Below, one piece after another: positions 1 through 12,605 of a stretch of DNA of 64,000 bases (position 1 is its first letter; the number at the start of each line of letters is the position of its first letter). The stretch spans positions 50,654,001 to 50,718,000 of the forward strand of contig NW_025964372.1 in the NCBI RefSeq assembly GCF_023055435.1, given 5' to 3'. The DNA is from Haliotis rufescens (taxonomy: Eukaryota). A program made the translations under genes and the position numbers. The notes beneath the pieces were generated by a model. It saw only the letters and a list, made by a program, of their open reading frames with translations, did not search any database and was not told the DNA's origin.

Positions 1-373
1 TGTAGTTACAAATACATGTACTATTGTGTTTTTTTCAGAATATCCAGCAACTTTTTTTTGTGTGTTTAAAAAGTTGAACCTGGGAAAAACAAGGAACAAA
101 CGAATTATTTTCTCAAACACACCTGTCCCCCTTCATGCGCACGCATCTATTCTCTTGGGCCTCATATTATATACCTCATCGTATACAACGATAAGCAGGT
201 AGATCGAAAAAATATTTATTGTAATATTTCGATTACCCAACCAATACAACCTAATTTCTCAAATAATACCAAATGAAAACAGTGTTACACAGATATTCCT
301 CGTTTACAAATTAACAGACGGCATTGCTTGTCGTGTGTTGGGGTAACATCAATAAGTGCAACTGCGGAAATGA

Positions 374-709
374 TCACGTACCTTGGCAGGCTCCACAGGA
401 ACGGGGGCAGAACTTAACGGAGATGTCGGGGTCGGTACAGGCGGCACCTACTGCAGTATGACACGGGAACAGAGTGTCGTCCCGACACGTCGTTAACGGT
501 GGCTCCGTCAGTGGATTGGACGATGCTGTAGGTGTGGGTGTGGTAGAGTTGTGTCCTCCTGGCACAATCCCCGGGGTAATGAATGGCGAGGTCGGAGGCA
601 CCCCCAGGATGTACTCCAGGCAGGAGAAGTCGTTGCAGCACACGCTGCAGAGGCGGGGGTCGTGGAGACAGTCAGGGGTGCCGGGGTGCCTCTTGTGGTC
701 GTGCATACA
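374..709 (-). CDS. Exon 7 (last coding exon) of secreted Ly6/uPAR-like x2 + ShKT-like protein
   Basis: Acceptor ctgttacAG at 711-710, phase 0. Encodes CMHDHKRHPGTPDCLHDPRLCSVCCNDFSC, a Pro/Thr-rich linker and CRDDTLFPC-x7-C-x9-CPRSCGAC (ShKT-like spacing), then TGA. AATAAA on minus strand at 220-215. Confidence 0.85.
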   Translation of the reverse strand, partial: CMHDHKRHPGTPDCLHDPRLCSVCCNDFSCLEYILGVPPTSPFITPGIVPGGHNSTTPTPTASSNPLTEPPLTTCRDDTLFPCHTAVGAACTDPDISVKFCPRSCGACQGT

Positions 710-749
710 CTGTAACAGACGATGACGTGACAACAATGGTCCTAATTAG

Positions 750-791
750 AGTGAGAGAGTGAGTATGGTTTTACGCCGCTTTAAGCAATAT
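750..791 (-). mobile_element. 3' tail fragment of tRNA-derived SINE family A
   Basis: gagtgagtatggttttacgccgctttaagcaatatt matches the reverse complement of the tail of the full copies at 14333 and 62505. Confidence 0.75.
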
Positions 792-2367
792 TGTTTAATG
801 CTCATACCGTGCTGTTTACCGCTGTGGACGTGCTGTTTACTACTCATACCGTGCTGTTTACTGCACATACCATGCTGTTAAATGCTGTGGACGTGGTGTT
901 TACTACTCATACAATGCTGTTTACTGCACATACCATCCTGTTTACTGCTCATACCGTGCTGTTTACTGCTCATGCCGTGCTGTTTACTACTCACACTGTT
1001 CTGTTTACTGCACAAACCGTGCTGTTTACTGCTGTGGACGTACTGTTTACTGCTCATACCGTGCTGTTTACTGCACATACCGTGCTGTTTACTGCTCGTA
1101 CCATGCTGTTTACTGCTCATACCGTGCTGTTTACTGCTCATACCACGCTGTTTACTGCTCATACCATGAAGTTTATGGCTCATACCGTGCTGTTTACTGC
1201 TCATACCGTGCTGTGGACGTGCTGTTTACTGCTGTGGACGTGCTGTTTACTGCTGTGGACGTGTTGTTTACTGCTCTAACCGTGCTGTTTACTGCTCATA
1301 CCATGCTGTTTACTGCTCATACCATACTATTTACTGCTGTGGACGTGTTGTTTACTGCTCATACCATGCTGTTTACTGCTGTGGACGTGTTGTTTACTGC
1401 TCTAACCGTGCTGTTTACTGCTCATACCATGCTGTTTACTGCTCATACCGTGCTGTTTACTGCTGTGGACGTGTTGTTTACTGCTCTAACCGTGCTGTTT
1501 ACTGCTCATACCATGCTGTTAACTGCTCATACCATGCTGTTTACAGCTGTGGACGTGTTGTTTACTGCTCTTACCTTGCTGTTTACTGCTCATACCATGC
1601 TGTTTACTGCTGTGGACGTGCTGTTTACTGCTCATACCGTGCTGTTTACTGCTCATACCATACTGTTTGCTGCTGTGGACGTGTTGTTTACTGCTCATAC
1701 CATGCTGTTTACTGCTGTGGACGTGCTGTTTACTGCTCATACCGTGCTGTTTACTGCTCATACCATGCTGTTTACTGCTCATACCATGCTGTTTGCTGCT
1801 GTGGACGTGTTATTTACTGCTCTTACCGTGCTGTTTACTGCTGTGGACGTGTTGTTTACTGCTCTTACCGTGCTGTTTACTGCTCATACCATGCTGTTTA
1901 CTGCTCTTACCGTGCTGTTTACTGCTATGGACGTGTTGTTTACTGCTCATACCGTGCTGTTTACGGCTGTGGACGTGCTGTTTACTGCTGTGGACGTGTT
2001 GTTTACTGCTTATACCGTGCTGTTTACGGCTGTGGACGTGCTGTTTACTGCTCATACCGTGCTGTTTACTGCTCATTACGTCCTGTTTACTGCTTATACC
2101 GTGCTGTTTACTGCTCATACCATGCTGTTTACTGCTACGGACGTGCTGTTTACAGCTGTGGGCGTGCTGTTTACTGCTGTGGACGTGCTGCTTACTGCTG
2201 TGGACGTGCTGTTTACTGCTTAATACCATGCTGTTTACTGCTCAAACCATGCTGTTTACTGCTGATACCGTGCCGTTTAACGCTCTAAAGGTGCTGTTTA
2301 CTGCTCTTACCTTGCTGTTTACTGCTCTTACCGTGCTGTTTACTGCTCTTACCGTGCTGTTGACTGC
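792..2367. repeat. 21-bp minisatellite, ~75 copies; unit = last 15 nt of exon 6 + GTA(A/T)GA donor
   Basis: Plus-strand units tgctgtttactgctcataccg and tgctgtttactgctgtggacg. The minus strand reads GCAGTAAACAGCACG|GTATGA and overlaps the exon 6 end at 2353. Confidence 0.95.
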
Positions 2368-2412
2368 ACATTTCGAAGAGTACCGCCCCCTTTGCTTGAC
2401 TACTTCACATGT
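2353..2412 (-). CDS. Exon 6 of Ly6x2-ShKT gene (TCEVVKQRGRYSSKCAVNST)
   Basis: tttcttcttacAG acceptor and ACG|GTAAGA donor, 60 nt, phase 0-0. Cys pattern parallels exon 3. Confidence 0.85.
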
Positions 2413-2656
2413 CTGTAAGAAGAAACATGTTGCCAGTTATGCTCCAGTGGCTATTTGTCTTAAATGTTTCCAAAATGACGACTTTACCTCAAGCCAATAC
2501 TTCACGACATTACATACGACCACCTGATGAAGTCGCAACTTATAACCAAACAAACGAGCGATGGCCTGGTTTCCGAGAGAGACAAATGAGCGGTCAGTAC
2601 ACACCGTACAAACGGCAATGGTGCGTTATTGATATCGTGCTCTGCACACTGCTTCA

Positions 2657-5600
2657 GACAGTACCAGGGAATTAGCATGGCAGGGTTGTATATTGTCTGG
2701 ACGGTACCAGGGAATTAGCATGGCACGGTTGTATATTATCTGGACAGTACAAAGGAATTAACATAGCAGGGTTGTATATTATCTGGACAGTACCAGGGAA
2801 TTAGCATGGCAGGGTTGTCTATCATCTCGACAGTACCAGGGAATTAGCATGGCAGGGTTGTATAATTTTATCTAGACAGTACCAGAGAATTAGCATGGCA
2901 TGGTTGTATATTATCTAGACAGTACCAGGGAATTAACATGGCAGGGTTGTATATCATCTGGACAGTACAAGGGAATTAGCATGGCAGGGTTGTATATTAT
3001 CTAGACAGTACCAGGGAATTAACATGGCAGGGTTGTATATTATCCAGACAGTACCAGGGCATTAGCATGGCAGGGTTCTAAATTATCCAGACAGTACCAG
3101 GGAATTAGCATGGCAGGGTTGTATATTATCCAGACAGTACCAGGGCATTAGCATGGTAGGGTTCTAAATTATCCAGACAGAACCAGGGAATTAGCATGGC
3201 AGGGTTGTATATTGTCTGGACAGTGCCAGGGAATTAGCATGGCAGGGTTGTATAATTTTAGCTAGACAGTACCAGGGAATTAGCATGGCAGGGTTGTATA
3301 TTGTCTGGACAGTACCAGGATATTAACATGGCAGGGTTGTATATTATCTAGACAGTACCAGGGAATTAGCATGGCAGGGTTGTATAATTTTAGCTAGACA
3401 GTACCAGGGAAGTAGCATGGCAGGGTTGTATATTATCTAGACAGTACCAGGGAATTAACATGGCAGGGTTGTATAATTTTATCTTGACAGTACCAGGGAA
3501 TTAGCATCGCAGGGTTGTATAATTTTATCTAGACAGTACCAGGGAATTAACATGGCAGGGTTGTATATTATCCAGACAGTACCAGGGAATTAACATGGCA
3601 GGGTTGTATATTATCTAGACAGTACCAGGCAATTAGCATGGAAGGGTTGTATATTATCTGGACAGTACCAGGTAATTAGCATGGCAGGGTTGTATATTAT
3701 CTGGACAGTACCAGGGAAGTAGCATGGCAGGGTTGAATATTATCCAGACAGTACCAGGGCATTAGCATGGCAGGGTTGTATATTATCTAGACAGTACCAG
3801 GGAATTAGCACGGTAGGGTTGTATAATTTTATCTAGACAGTACCAGGGCATTAGCATGGCAGGGTTGTATATTATCTAGACAGTACCAGGGAATTAACAT
3901 AGGAGGGTTGTATATCATCTGGACAGTACCGGGGAATTAGCATGGCAGGGTTGTCTATCATCTCGACAGTACCAGGGAATTAGCACGGTAGGGTTGTATA
4001 ATTTTATCTAGACAGTACCAGGGCATTAGCATGGCAGGGTTGTATATTATCTAGACAGTACCAGGGAATTAACATAGGAGGGTTGTATATCATCTGGACA
4101 GTACCAGGGAATTAGCATGGCAGGGTTGTATATTATCCAGACAGTACCAGGCAATTAGCATGGCAGGGTTGTATATTATCCAGACAGTACCAGGGCATTA
4201 GCATGGCAGGGTTGTATCTTATCCAGACAGTACCAGGGCATTAGCATGGCAGGGTTGTAAATTATCCAGACAGTACCAGGGAATTAACATGGCAGGCTTC
4301 TATAATTTTAGCAAGACAGTACCAGGGAATTAACATGGCAGGGTTGTATAATTTTAGCTAGACAGTACCAGGGAATTAGCATGGCAGGGTTGTATATTGT
4401 CTAGACAGTACCAGGGAAGTAGCATGGCAGTGTTGTATATTATCTAGACAGTACCAGGGAATTAGCATGGCAGGGTTGTACAATTTTATCTAGACAGTAC
4501 CAGGGAATTAACATGGGAGGGTTGTATATTATCCAGACAGTACCATGTATTTAGCATGGCAGGGTTGTATATTATCTGGGCAGTACCAGGGAATTAACAT
4601 GGCAGGGTTGTATATTATCCAGACAGTACCATGTATTTAGCATGGCAGGGTTGTACATTGTCTGGACAGTGCCAGGGAATTAGCATGGCAGGGTTGTATA
4701 ATTTTAGCTAGACAGTACCAGGGAATTAGCATGACAGGGTTGTATATTGTCTGGACAGTACCAGGGAAGTAGCATGGCAGGGTTGTATATTATCTAGACA
4801 GTACCATGTATTTAGCATGGCAGGGTTGTATATTATCCAGACAGTACCAGGGCATTAGCATGGCAGGGTTGTATATTATCCAGACAGTACCAGGGCATTA
4901 GCATGGCACGGTTGTAAATTATCCAGACAGTACCAGGGAATTAGCATGGCAGGGTTGTATAATTTTAGCAAGACAGTACCAGGGAATTAACATGGCAGGG
5001 TTGTATATTGTCTGGACAGTGCCAGGGAATTGGCATGGCAGGGTTGTATATTATCCAGACAGTACCATGTATTTAGCATGGCAGGGTTGTATATTATCTA
5101 GGCAGTACCAGGGAATTAACATGGCAGGGTTGTATATTATCCAGACAGTACCATGTATTTAGCATGGCAGGGTTGTATATTGTCTGGACAGTGCCAGGGA
5201 ATTAGCATGGCAGGGTTGTATAATTTTAGCTAGACAGTACCAGGGAATTAGCATGGCAGGGTTGTATATTGTCTGGACAGTACCAGGGAAGTAGCATGGC
5301 AGGGTTGTATATTATCTAGACAGTACCAGGCAATTAGCATGGCAGGGTTGTATAATTTTAGCTAGACAGTACAAGGGAATTAACATGGCAGGGTTGTATA
5401 TTGGCTGGACAGTACCATGTATTTAGCATGGCAGGGTTGTATTTTATCTAGACAGTACCAGGGAATTAGCATGGCAGGGTTGTACAATTTTATCTAGACA
5501 GTACCAGGGAATTAACATAGCAGGGTTGTATATCATCTGGACAGTACCAGGGAATTAGCATGGCAGGGTTGTATATTATCCAGACAGTACCAGGGAATTA

Positions 5601-7196
5601 GCATGGCAGGGTTGTATATTATCCAGACAGTACCAGGGCATTAGCATGGCAGGGTTGTATATTATCCAGACAGTACCAGGGCATTAGCATGGCAGGGTTG
5701 TAAATTATCCAGACAGTACCAGGGAATTAGCATGGCAGGGTTGTATAATTTTAGCAAGACAGTACCAGGGAATTAACATGGCAGGGTTGTATATTGTCTG
5801 GACAGTGCCAGGGAATTAGCATGGCAGGGTTGTACAATTTTATCTAGACAGTACCAGGGAATTAACATGGCAGGGTTGTATATTATCCAGACAGTACCAT
5901 GTATTTAGCATGGCAGGGTTGTATATTATCTGGGCAGTACCAGGGAATTAACATGGCAGGGTTGTATATTATCCAGACAGTACCATGTATTTAGCATGGC
6001 AGGGTTGTCTATTATCTAGACAGTACCAGGGAATTAGCATGGCAGGGTTGTATAATTTTAGCAAGACAGTACCAGGGAATTAACATGGCAGGGTTGTATA
6101 TTGTCTGGACAGTGCCAGGGATTTAGCATGGCAGGGTTGTATAATTTTAGGAAGACAGTACCAGGGAATTAGCATGGCAGGGTTGTATTTTGTCTGGACA
6201 GTACCAGGGAAGTAGCATGGCAGGGTTGTATATTATCTAGACAGTACCAGGGAATTAGCATGGCAGGGTTGTACAATTTTATCTAGAGAGTACCAGGGAA
6301 TTAACATGGCAGGGTTGTATATTATCTGGACAGTACCATGTATTTAGCATGGCAGGGTTGTATATTATCTAGACAGTACCAGGGAATTAACATGGCAGGG
6401 TTGTATATTATCTGGACAGTACCATGTATTTAGCATGGCAGGGTTGTATATTATCTAGACAGTACCAGGGAATTAGCATGGCAGGGTTGTATAATTTTAT
6501 CTAGACAGTACCAGGGAATTAACATGGCAGGGTTGTATATTATCTAGACAGTACCATGTATTTAGCATGGCAGGGTTGAATATTATCTAGACAGCAACAG
6601 GTAATTAGCATGGCAGGGTTGTATATTATCTGGACAGTACCAGGGAATTAGCATGGCAGGGTTGTATATTATCTGGACAGTGCCAGGTAATTAGCATGGC
6701 AGGGTTGTTTATTATCTGGACAGTACCAGGGAAGTAGCATGGCAGGGTTGTATATTATCTAGACAGTACCAGGCAATTAGCATGGCAGGGTTGTATATTA
6801 TCTGGGCAGTACCAGGCAATTAGCACGGTTGGGTTGCATATCATCTGGACAGTACCAGGGAATTAACATGGCAGGGTTGTATATTATCTATACAGCGCCA
6901 GGGAATTAGCACGGCAGGGTTGTATATTATCTAGACAGTACCAGGGAAGTAGCATGGCAGGGTTGTATATTATCTTGACAGTACCAGGGAATTAACGTGG
7001 CAGGGTTGTATATTATCTGGACAGTACCAGGGAATTAGCATGGAAGGGTTGTATATTATCTGGGCAGTACCAGGTAATTAGCATGGCAGGGTTGTATATT
7101 ATCCAGACAGTACCAGGGAATTAGCATGGCAGGGTTATTTATTATCTAGACAGTACCAGGGAAGTAGCGTGGCAGGGTTGTATATTATCAAGACAG
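2657..7196. repeat. 43-bp (variant 46-bp) tandem array, ~104 copies; unit = 3' part of exon 5 + GTACTG donor
   Basis: Unit cagtaccagggaattagcatggcagggttgtatattatctaga; period measured 3006->3049. The last copy is continuous with exon 5 coding sequence. Confidence 0.95.
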
Positions 7197-7260
7197 TTCT
7201 GGGGATCCGCCTCGTCATTGCAAATTGGACAGTGAAGGACCTTGGGCACCAGGTCGAGTG
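7157..7260 (-). CDS. Exon 5 of Ly6x2-ShKT gene (ALDLVPKVLHCPICNDEADPQNCLDNIQPCHATSL)
   Basis: ctcttgtttcAG acceptor and CTG|GTACTG donor, 104 nt, phase 1-0. The LxCxxC start parallels exon 2. Confidence 0.85.
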
Positions 7261-7853
7261 CTGAAACAAGAGTAAGTGACTGGGTGAGTGGTGAGTGACT
7301 GGGTGAGTGGTGAGTGGTGAGTGAGTGGTGCATTGTTTGGAGGATCCATCAAATGTACATTTCCATTACTTTTTGATGTATAGATTCATAATTTTTTTAA
7401 GGCCATCCATATTATATTTTGTGTTTCTCATCTCCATGCCTTAGACGTAGCAGTCGGTCGGGAAAAAAAGGAAACTAAATGACATTGTTATATGTGTTGA
7501 GCTAATCGTTTTTGATATATTTGTGGTGCCACAATTTCTGTATCAGTGTTGAGAGTTTAAAACACAAGATGTTAAACAAAATTGCAGGCATGGTTACTTC
7601 CCGTCTTTGTTTATACTTTATCAACACGCAGAAGATTTTTTTTTTTAAACGGGAAATGGTTTCAGAGAGCTGGATGCCACACATTTGGCCTGGAGGATGG
7701 AAGGATATAGTCCTTTATTAATTGTTTTCACGGACGGACTCATGAATATAATAGTTCGTACGCTGGTTTGGTCTTTAAAAATATGATTCGTCCCACATGG
7801 AATTTATGTTTATTTGCTTTTTGGTCTTTAAAACAAAGTATGTCGTCCTTCAC

Positions 7854-7983
7854 CTTTCTGTACGTGGTCGAGCCGCTGGAAGCACGTGTCCCCCGTGCAG
7901 CACACGACGCATTTGTCACTTGCCCCTAGAGCCTTGGTGCCCCGACAGTCCACATTGGCCTGGAGAGCTTCATAAGCGCACCT
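7854..7983 (-). CDS. Exon 4 of Ly6x2-ShKT gene (RCAYEALQANVGLSGTKALGASDKCVVCCTGDTCFQRLDHVQK)
   Basis: cattgtttcAG acceptor and AAG|GTGAAG donor, 130 nt, phase 0-1. Carries the CCxxxxC motif typical of the C-terminus of LU domains. Confidence 0.85.
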
Positions 7984-8008
7984 CTGAAACAATGACCATG
8001 TTTTAAAT

Positions 8009-9075
8009 ATGAGTGGGTGGTTGAGTGGATCAATGAGTGGGTGAGTGGATTTAGAGTGGGTAAGTGGATGTGTTAGCGGGTGGGTGGATTGGTGAGTAGA
8101 TGTATGAGTGGGTGAGTGGATGTGTTAGCAGGGGAGTGGATGGGTGAGTAGATGTATGAGGGGGTGAGTGGATGTGTTAGCGGGTGAGTGGATGGGTGAG
8201 TGGATGGATGAGTGGGTGAGTGGATGTGTTAGCAGGTGAGTGGATGGGTGAGTAGATGTATGAGTGGGTGAGTGGATGTGTTAGCGGGTGAGTGGATGGA
8301 TGAGTGGGTGAGTGGATGTGTTAGCGGGTGACTGGATGGGTGAGTGGATGGATGAGTGGGTGAGTGGATGTGTTAACAGGTGAGTGGATGGGTGAGTAGA
8401 TGTATGAGTGGGTGAGNNNNNNNNNNNNNNNNNNNNNNNNNNNNNNNNNNNNNNNNNNNNNNNNNNNNNNNNNNNNNNNNNNNNNNNNNNNNNNNNNNNN
8501 NNNNNNNNNNNNNNNNNNNNNNNNNNNNNNNNNNNNNNNNNNNNNNNNNNNNNNNNNNNNNNNNNNNNNNNNNNNNNGAGTGGATGGATGACAGGATGGA
8601 TGAGTGGGTGAGTGGATGTATTAGCGGGTGAGTGGATGGGTGAGTGGATGGATGAGTGGGTGAGTGGATGTGTTAGCGGGTGAGTGGATGGATGAGTGGG
8701 TGAGTGGATGTGTGAGCGGATGGGTGAGAGGATGGATGAATGGGTGAGTGGATGTGTTAGCGGGTGAGTGGATGGGTGAGTGGATGTGTTAGCGGGTGAG
8801 TGCATGGGTGAGAGGATGGATGAGTGGGTGAGTGGATGTGTTAGCGGGTGAGTGGATGGGTGAGTGGATGTGTTAGCGGGTGAGTGCATGGGTGAGAGGA
8901 TGGATGAGTGGATGGATGAGTAGGTGAGTGGATGTATTAGCGGGTGAGTGGATAGGTGAGAGGATGGATGAGTGGGTGAGGGGATGTATTAGTGGGTGAG
9001 TGGATGTATGAGTGGGTAAGTGCATGGGTGAGTGGGTGGATGAGTGAGTGAGTGGTTGGATGAGTGGGTGAGTGG
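8009..9075. repeat. G-rich complex microsatellite (GAGTGGGTGAGTGGATG / GTGTTAGCGG variants)
   Basis: Directly visible; contains the assembly gap. Confidence 0.9.
8417..8577. other. Assembly gap (161 N)
   Basis: Run of N. Confidence 1.
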
Positions 9076-9655
9076 CTTTGCTCATGATATTAATCACTGG
9101 TGGGGTCTGGCCATGGATTCGACTGCTTTCAGACAAACACGATGTGGATTGCTTTCGTTTGTATGTTCATAGATAGTTTGTCTAAGGACAATATATATAG
9201 AGAGAGAATTTTGAATTTTGTGCATAGCATTTTTCAAGTTTTGTATGTTTGGTGCTGGCACGTGGTCTTATGCACAGTGCATAGGTCACAAATCAGGCGA
9301 ATTAAAGCAACGTCGGTCGCGGAGAGGCTTCCGGGGCTTCGTTCCTCTCCCAACTAAAGCACATGTAACACACGTGGTGACTTGGGCAAGTGACTTTGTT
9401 CGAAATGTGCCTCTGTTCACCCAGCAGTGAATGGGTACCCGGTAGGATGAGATGACAATGTGGTTGTTAACTTTCTAGCGCCGCAGCTAGGCAGCTAGGG
9501 TTGTATACTCTCCAGGAAGCTGAGAATTATTGTTGAATACACATTGATCCAGTGACCGGGGTAATAGTAGCGCTTTGAGCATGCCGCTGTGTGGTGTGGC
9601 AATATGCGCAATATTAATGACCTATGTTTATTTTCAGATTAACTGATCAACCTAC

Positions 9656-9712
9656 CTTTGCTGTTCCGCATCCCATAGTGATCTTCCACTCGTCCACTCT
9701 GCCGATACACTC
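9656..9712 (-). CDS. Exon 3 of Ly6x2-ShKT gene (ECIGRVDEWKITMGCGTAK)
   Basis: ttctcccattgcAG acceptor and AAG|GTAGGT donor, 57 nt, phase 0-0. Confidence 0.8.
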
Positions 9713-10042
9713 CTGCAATGGGAGAACAACACAACCGGCCGGCCCGTCAATCAATACTTGTAAGAACGGACTTCAATATTTCTCAGAGTGTATATCTCGT
9801 CGCTATATGGCTGAAATAATGCCGATGCGACGTTAAACTTTAACTCACTCACTCAGGGTTTATGGCGTTATGAACGCAAAACTCGGGGTGCACACTTTGC
9901 GTACATCTGAACCACAATATTGTATTCTGACTTTATTCGTTAATGATTATTTTATAAGAGAATTTATGGATGTTAACTTCTTTATTATGAGCACAACAAC
10001 GTTTCGGAGTACATGCTTACTCCTTTATCAGGTAAATGAATG

Positions 10043-10045
<3 letters not shown>

Positions 10046-10128
<83 letters not shown>

Positions 10129-12088
10129 TGGAGATTTAACGTGCGCTTTCCGACTGATGCGTATTTCGCACACGGGCCCGGCCAGGCCATTTAATGTGTT
10201 TCCGAAAGGGGCGAAAGTGGTCTGTGCAACCCAAGAGGGGGGTTTATGGGTTGCTTATATAGAATTTGGGAATTTTGAGATTTGGAATAGATGCCGATGG
10301 GGTTGGGGAGGAGAACTAAGGGAGCTGGGTATGGTGGATGTTTGTTTGTTTATGTGATTTTGATTTGGTAGGTTATTGTGTTTTTAGATGCGTTTTATTA
10401 GTTCCGTTTTTATTAAGAATACGCCTAAGGCCTTGAAGTTTTCTAGTTTATTTTGTGGGTTTAGTATTGCTTCTAGAGTGAGAGCCTTGTTTAGATTGAG
10501 GGTGGTTTGTAATGCGGTTCGATGTGTTAGGTAGTGTGTGCAGTGGATGAGTGCGTGTTCTGGGGTTTCTGGTTGTTTGCAGTGTGGGCAGTTACCTGTA
10601 GTGTGTTTTTAAAAAAAAAAAATTAGGTGGTTATTTAGGTTGGTGTGTCCTGTTTGGAGTTTAGTGATCACTCTGTTTTTTGGTTTTTGGTTTTGGTTTG
10701 GTTAGTGGTTTGCTGAGCACTTTTTTGATTTGGCTATTTGAGTTTAGATATAGGTTATGCCATTTTTTTGTGATTTTTTGCTTGTTTACACTTTTAATTT
10801 CTGATTTTGAGATGGGTAAGTTTAAGCTTATTTCTGGGATTTTGAGGGATAGTTTAGCTGCTTTATCGGCGTTTTCATTACCGTATATTCCTACGTGGGC
10901 GGGTATCCACAAGAAGGTTATTTTTTTGCCTGCCTTAGTTAGGTCGTTGGAGCTTTTAAGTATTTGATTTATTAATTTAGGTCGGTTTTGGGTATTTTTG
11001 TTTTGGAGGGCTTGCAGTCCACTTAGGGAGTCGGTAAGTATTAGGATTTTTTTGTGGTTTTTGGATTCTTGATTATGGAGGGCTGAGGCCATGCCCATTA
11101 GTTCTGCCGTGAATATTGATTGGTTGTTTGGGAGTCGGAAGGATTGTGTGGTTTTAGTTGGTTGTGTGGTATGGACTCCGAAACCTGTGTGTTTGGAGGT
11201 CGGATCTGAGGATCCGTCCATGTAAATGTGACACCAATTTGGCCAATTTTCGTGTATGTATGCTAGTGTGGTAGTTTTAGCTATGTTTGGGTCGGTTTGT
11301 TTATTTATTTGGCTAGCTAGTGTTGTGTCTATTTTGGGTATTTTAAGTTTAGGGGTGAAGATATTTGATTGTTTGCAGTTTTGTTTAAGATTTTTAATTT
11401 GGTGTTCATTTAGGTAGTTCGTTATTCTTTGGGATATTGGGGTAAGTAAGGGGTGTTTACGAGCTAGAGCTTGGTTTTTGGGGCTGATGTTTTGGTTTAT
11501 TAAGTTTTGGATGAGAGGGTTTGATTGGGACGCGGCCCAGAAATTTAAGCTTAGCTGTTCCCTGCGTAGACTTAGTGGCATTTCTCCTGTTAAGGCCTGA
11601 AGTGAGGTGTAGGACGTGCCATGTTGGGTGCGTGTAATTAGTTTGAGAGCCTGATATTGTATTGAGTCAAGTTTTTTAGATAGAGAGTTGTTTAGGGTGT
11701 TGTATATGGCGCAGTCGTAGTCTAGTTTTGATCTAATTAGTGATATGTAGAGAGAGAGGAGGGTATCTTTGGAGGCTCCCCAGTTAGAGCCAGTTAGGCA
11801 TCTTAGGGTGTTTAGGTCTTTACTGCATTTAGTTGTTAGGTTTTGGATGTGAGCATCCCAGGTGAGATGTTCATCGAAAATAAGTCCTAAGAATTTGGTT
11901 TGTTTTTGAAATTTGATTGTTTGATTGTTTAGCTGGAGGATTGGGGAGGCGGGTTTCATGTTTTTATGTTTGAATACTATTCCTGTTGTTTTTTCTGAGT
12001 TAAGGGAGAAGCCCCATTTGTCAGCCCATTGTTGTATTTTATTAAGAGATTTTTGGAGTACATTTTGGACCATTTTCATGCAATTTTC
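10046..12088 (-). mobile_element. 5'-truncated RNase H-bearing LINE (I-superfamily-like) with (TAAG)n tail
   Basis: ORF 12079-10661 has the RT C-terminus (KFLGLIFD, LIRSKLDY) and RNase H motifs (IYMDGS, TAELMG, LTDSLS, WIPAHVGIYGNENADKAAK). A CPHC..EHALIHC knuckle follows in another frame. 11-bp TSD AATGAATGTTA at 10035-10045 and 12089-12099. Confidence 0.92.
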
Positions 12089-12605
12089 AATGAATGTTAT
12101 GAGACAGAGAGTCTATATATGTACATGTTAGAACAACAAAAGTAATAAGATAACAAAAGGTGGAAACCTAACAAGAGAAGCCAACAGATGATTTGCGCTG
12201 ATAGGTGATGAACAATAGACAATGGAAGCCAACACTTAACAGTCATTAGCGCTGATGGTATGGACAACTGGAAGCCAGGACTAAATTATCACTGATTGGT
12301 AATTGAAATTGGACAATGGGCAAACGGGAAGCCGTGGATAATTAGCACTGATAGGTAAAAACAATAGAAATAGCAAAGGGCAAATGGAAGCCAGCGACAG
12401 AATTGACACCGACAAGAATCAAAGCAATAAGCCGCCATTAAGACGTAAGCATAATTATACTCCGAAACGTTGTGTTCCTCACAATAAAGTTGATATCCAT
12501 AAAATATCTTCCTTATGTGTATAACTTCTAAATGCCTGTGACAGACTTTAAGGATGATAGTGTAAGCCGAGGCGTGATATATGGTTGTACAGATATATAA
12601 GCGGC

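Noticed and set aside
10145-10215. Hammerhead ribozyme in the LINE 3' UTR (ctgatgc..gaaa)
   Set aside because: The core is CTGATGC rather than CTGANGA, and I could not build the flanking helices.
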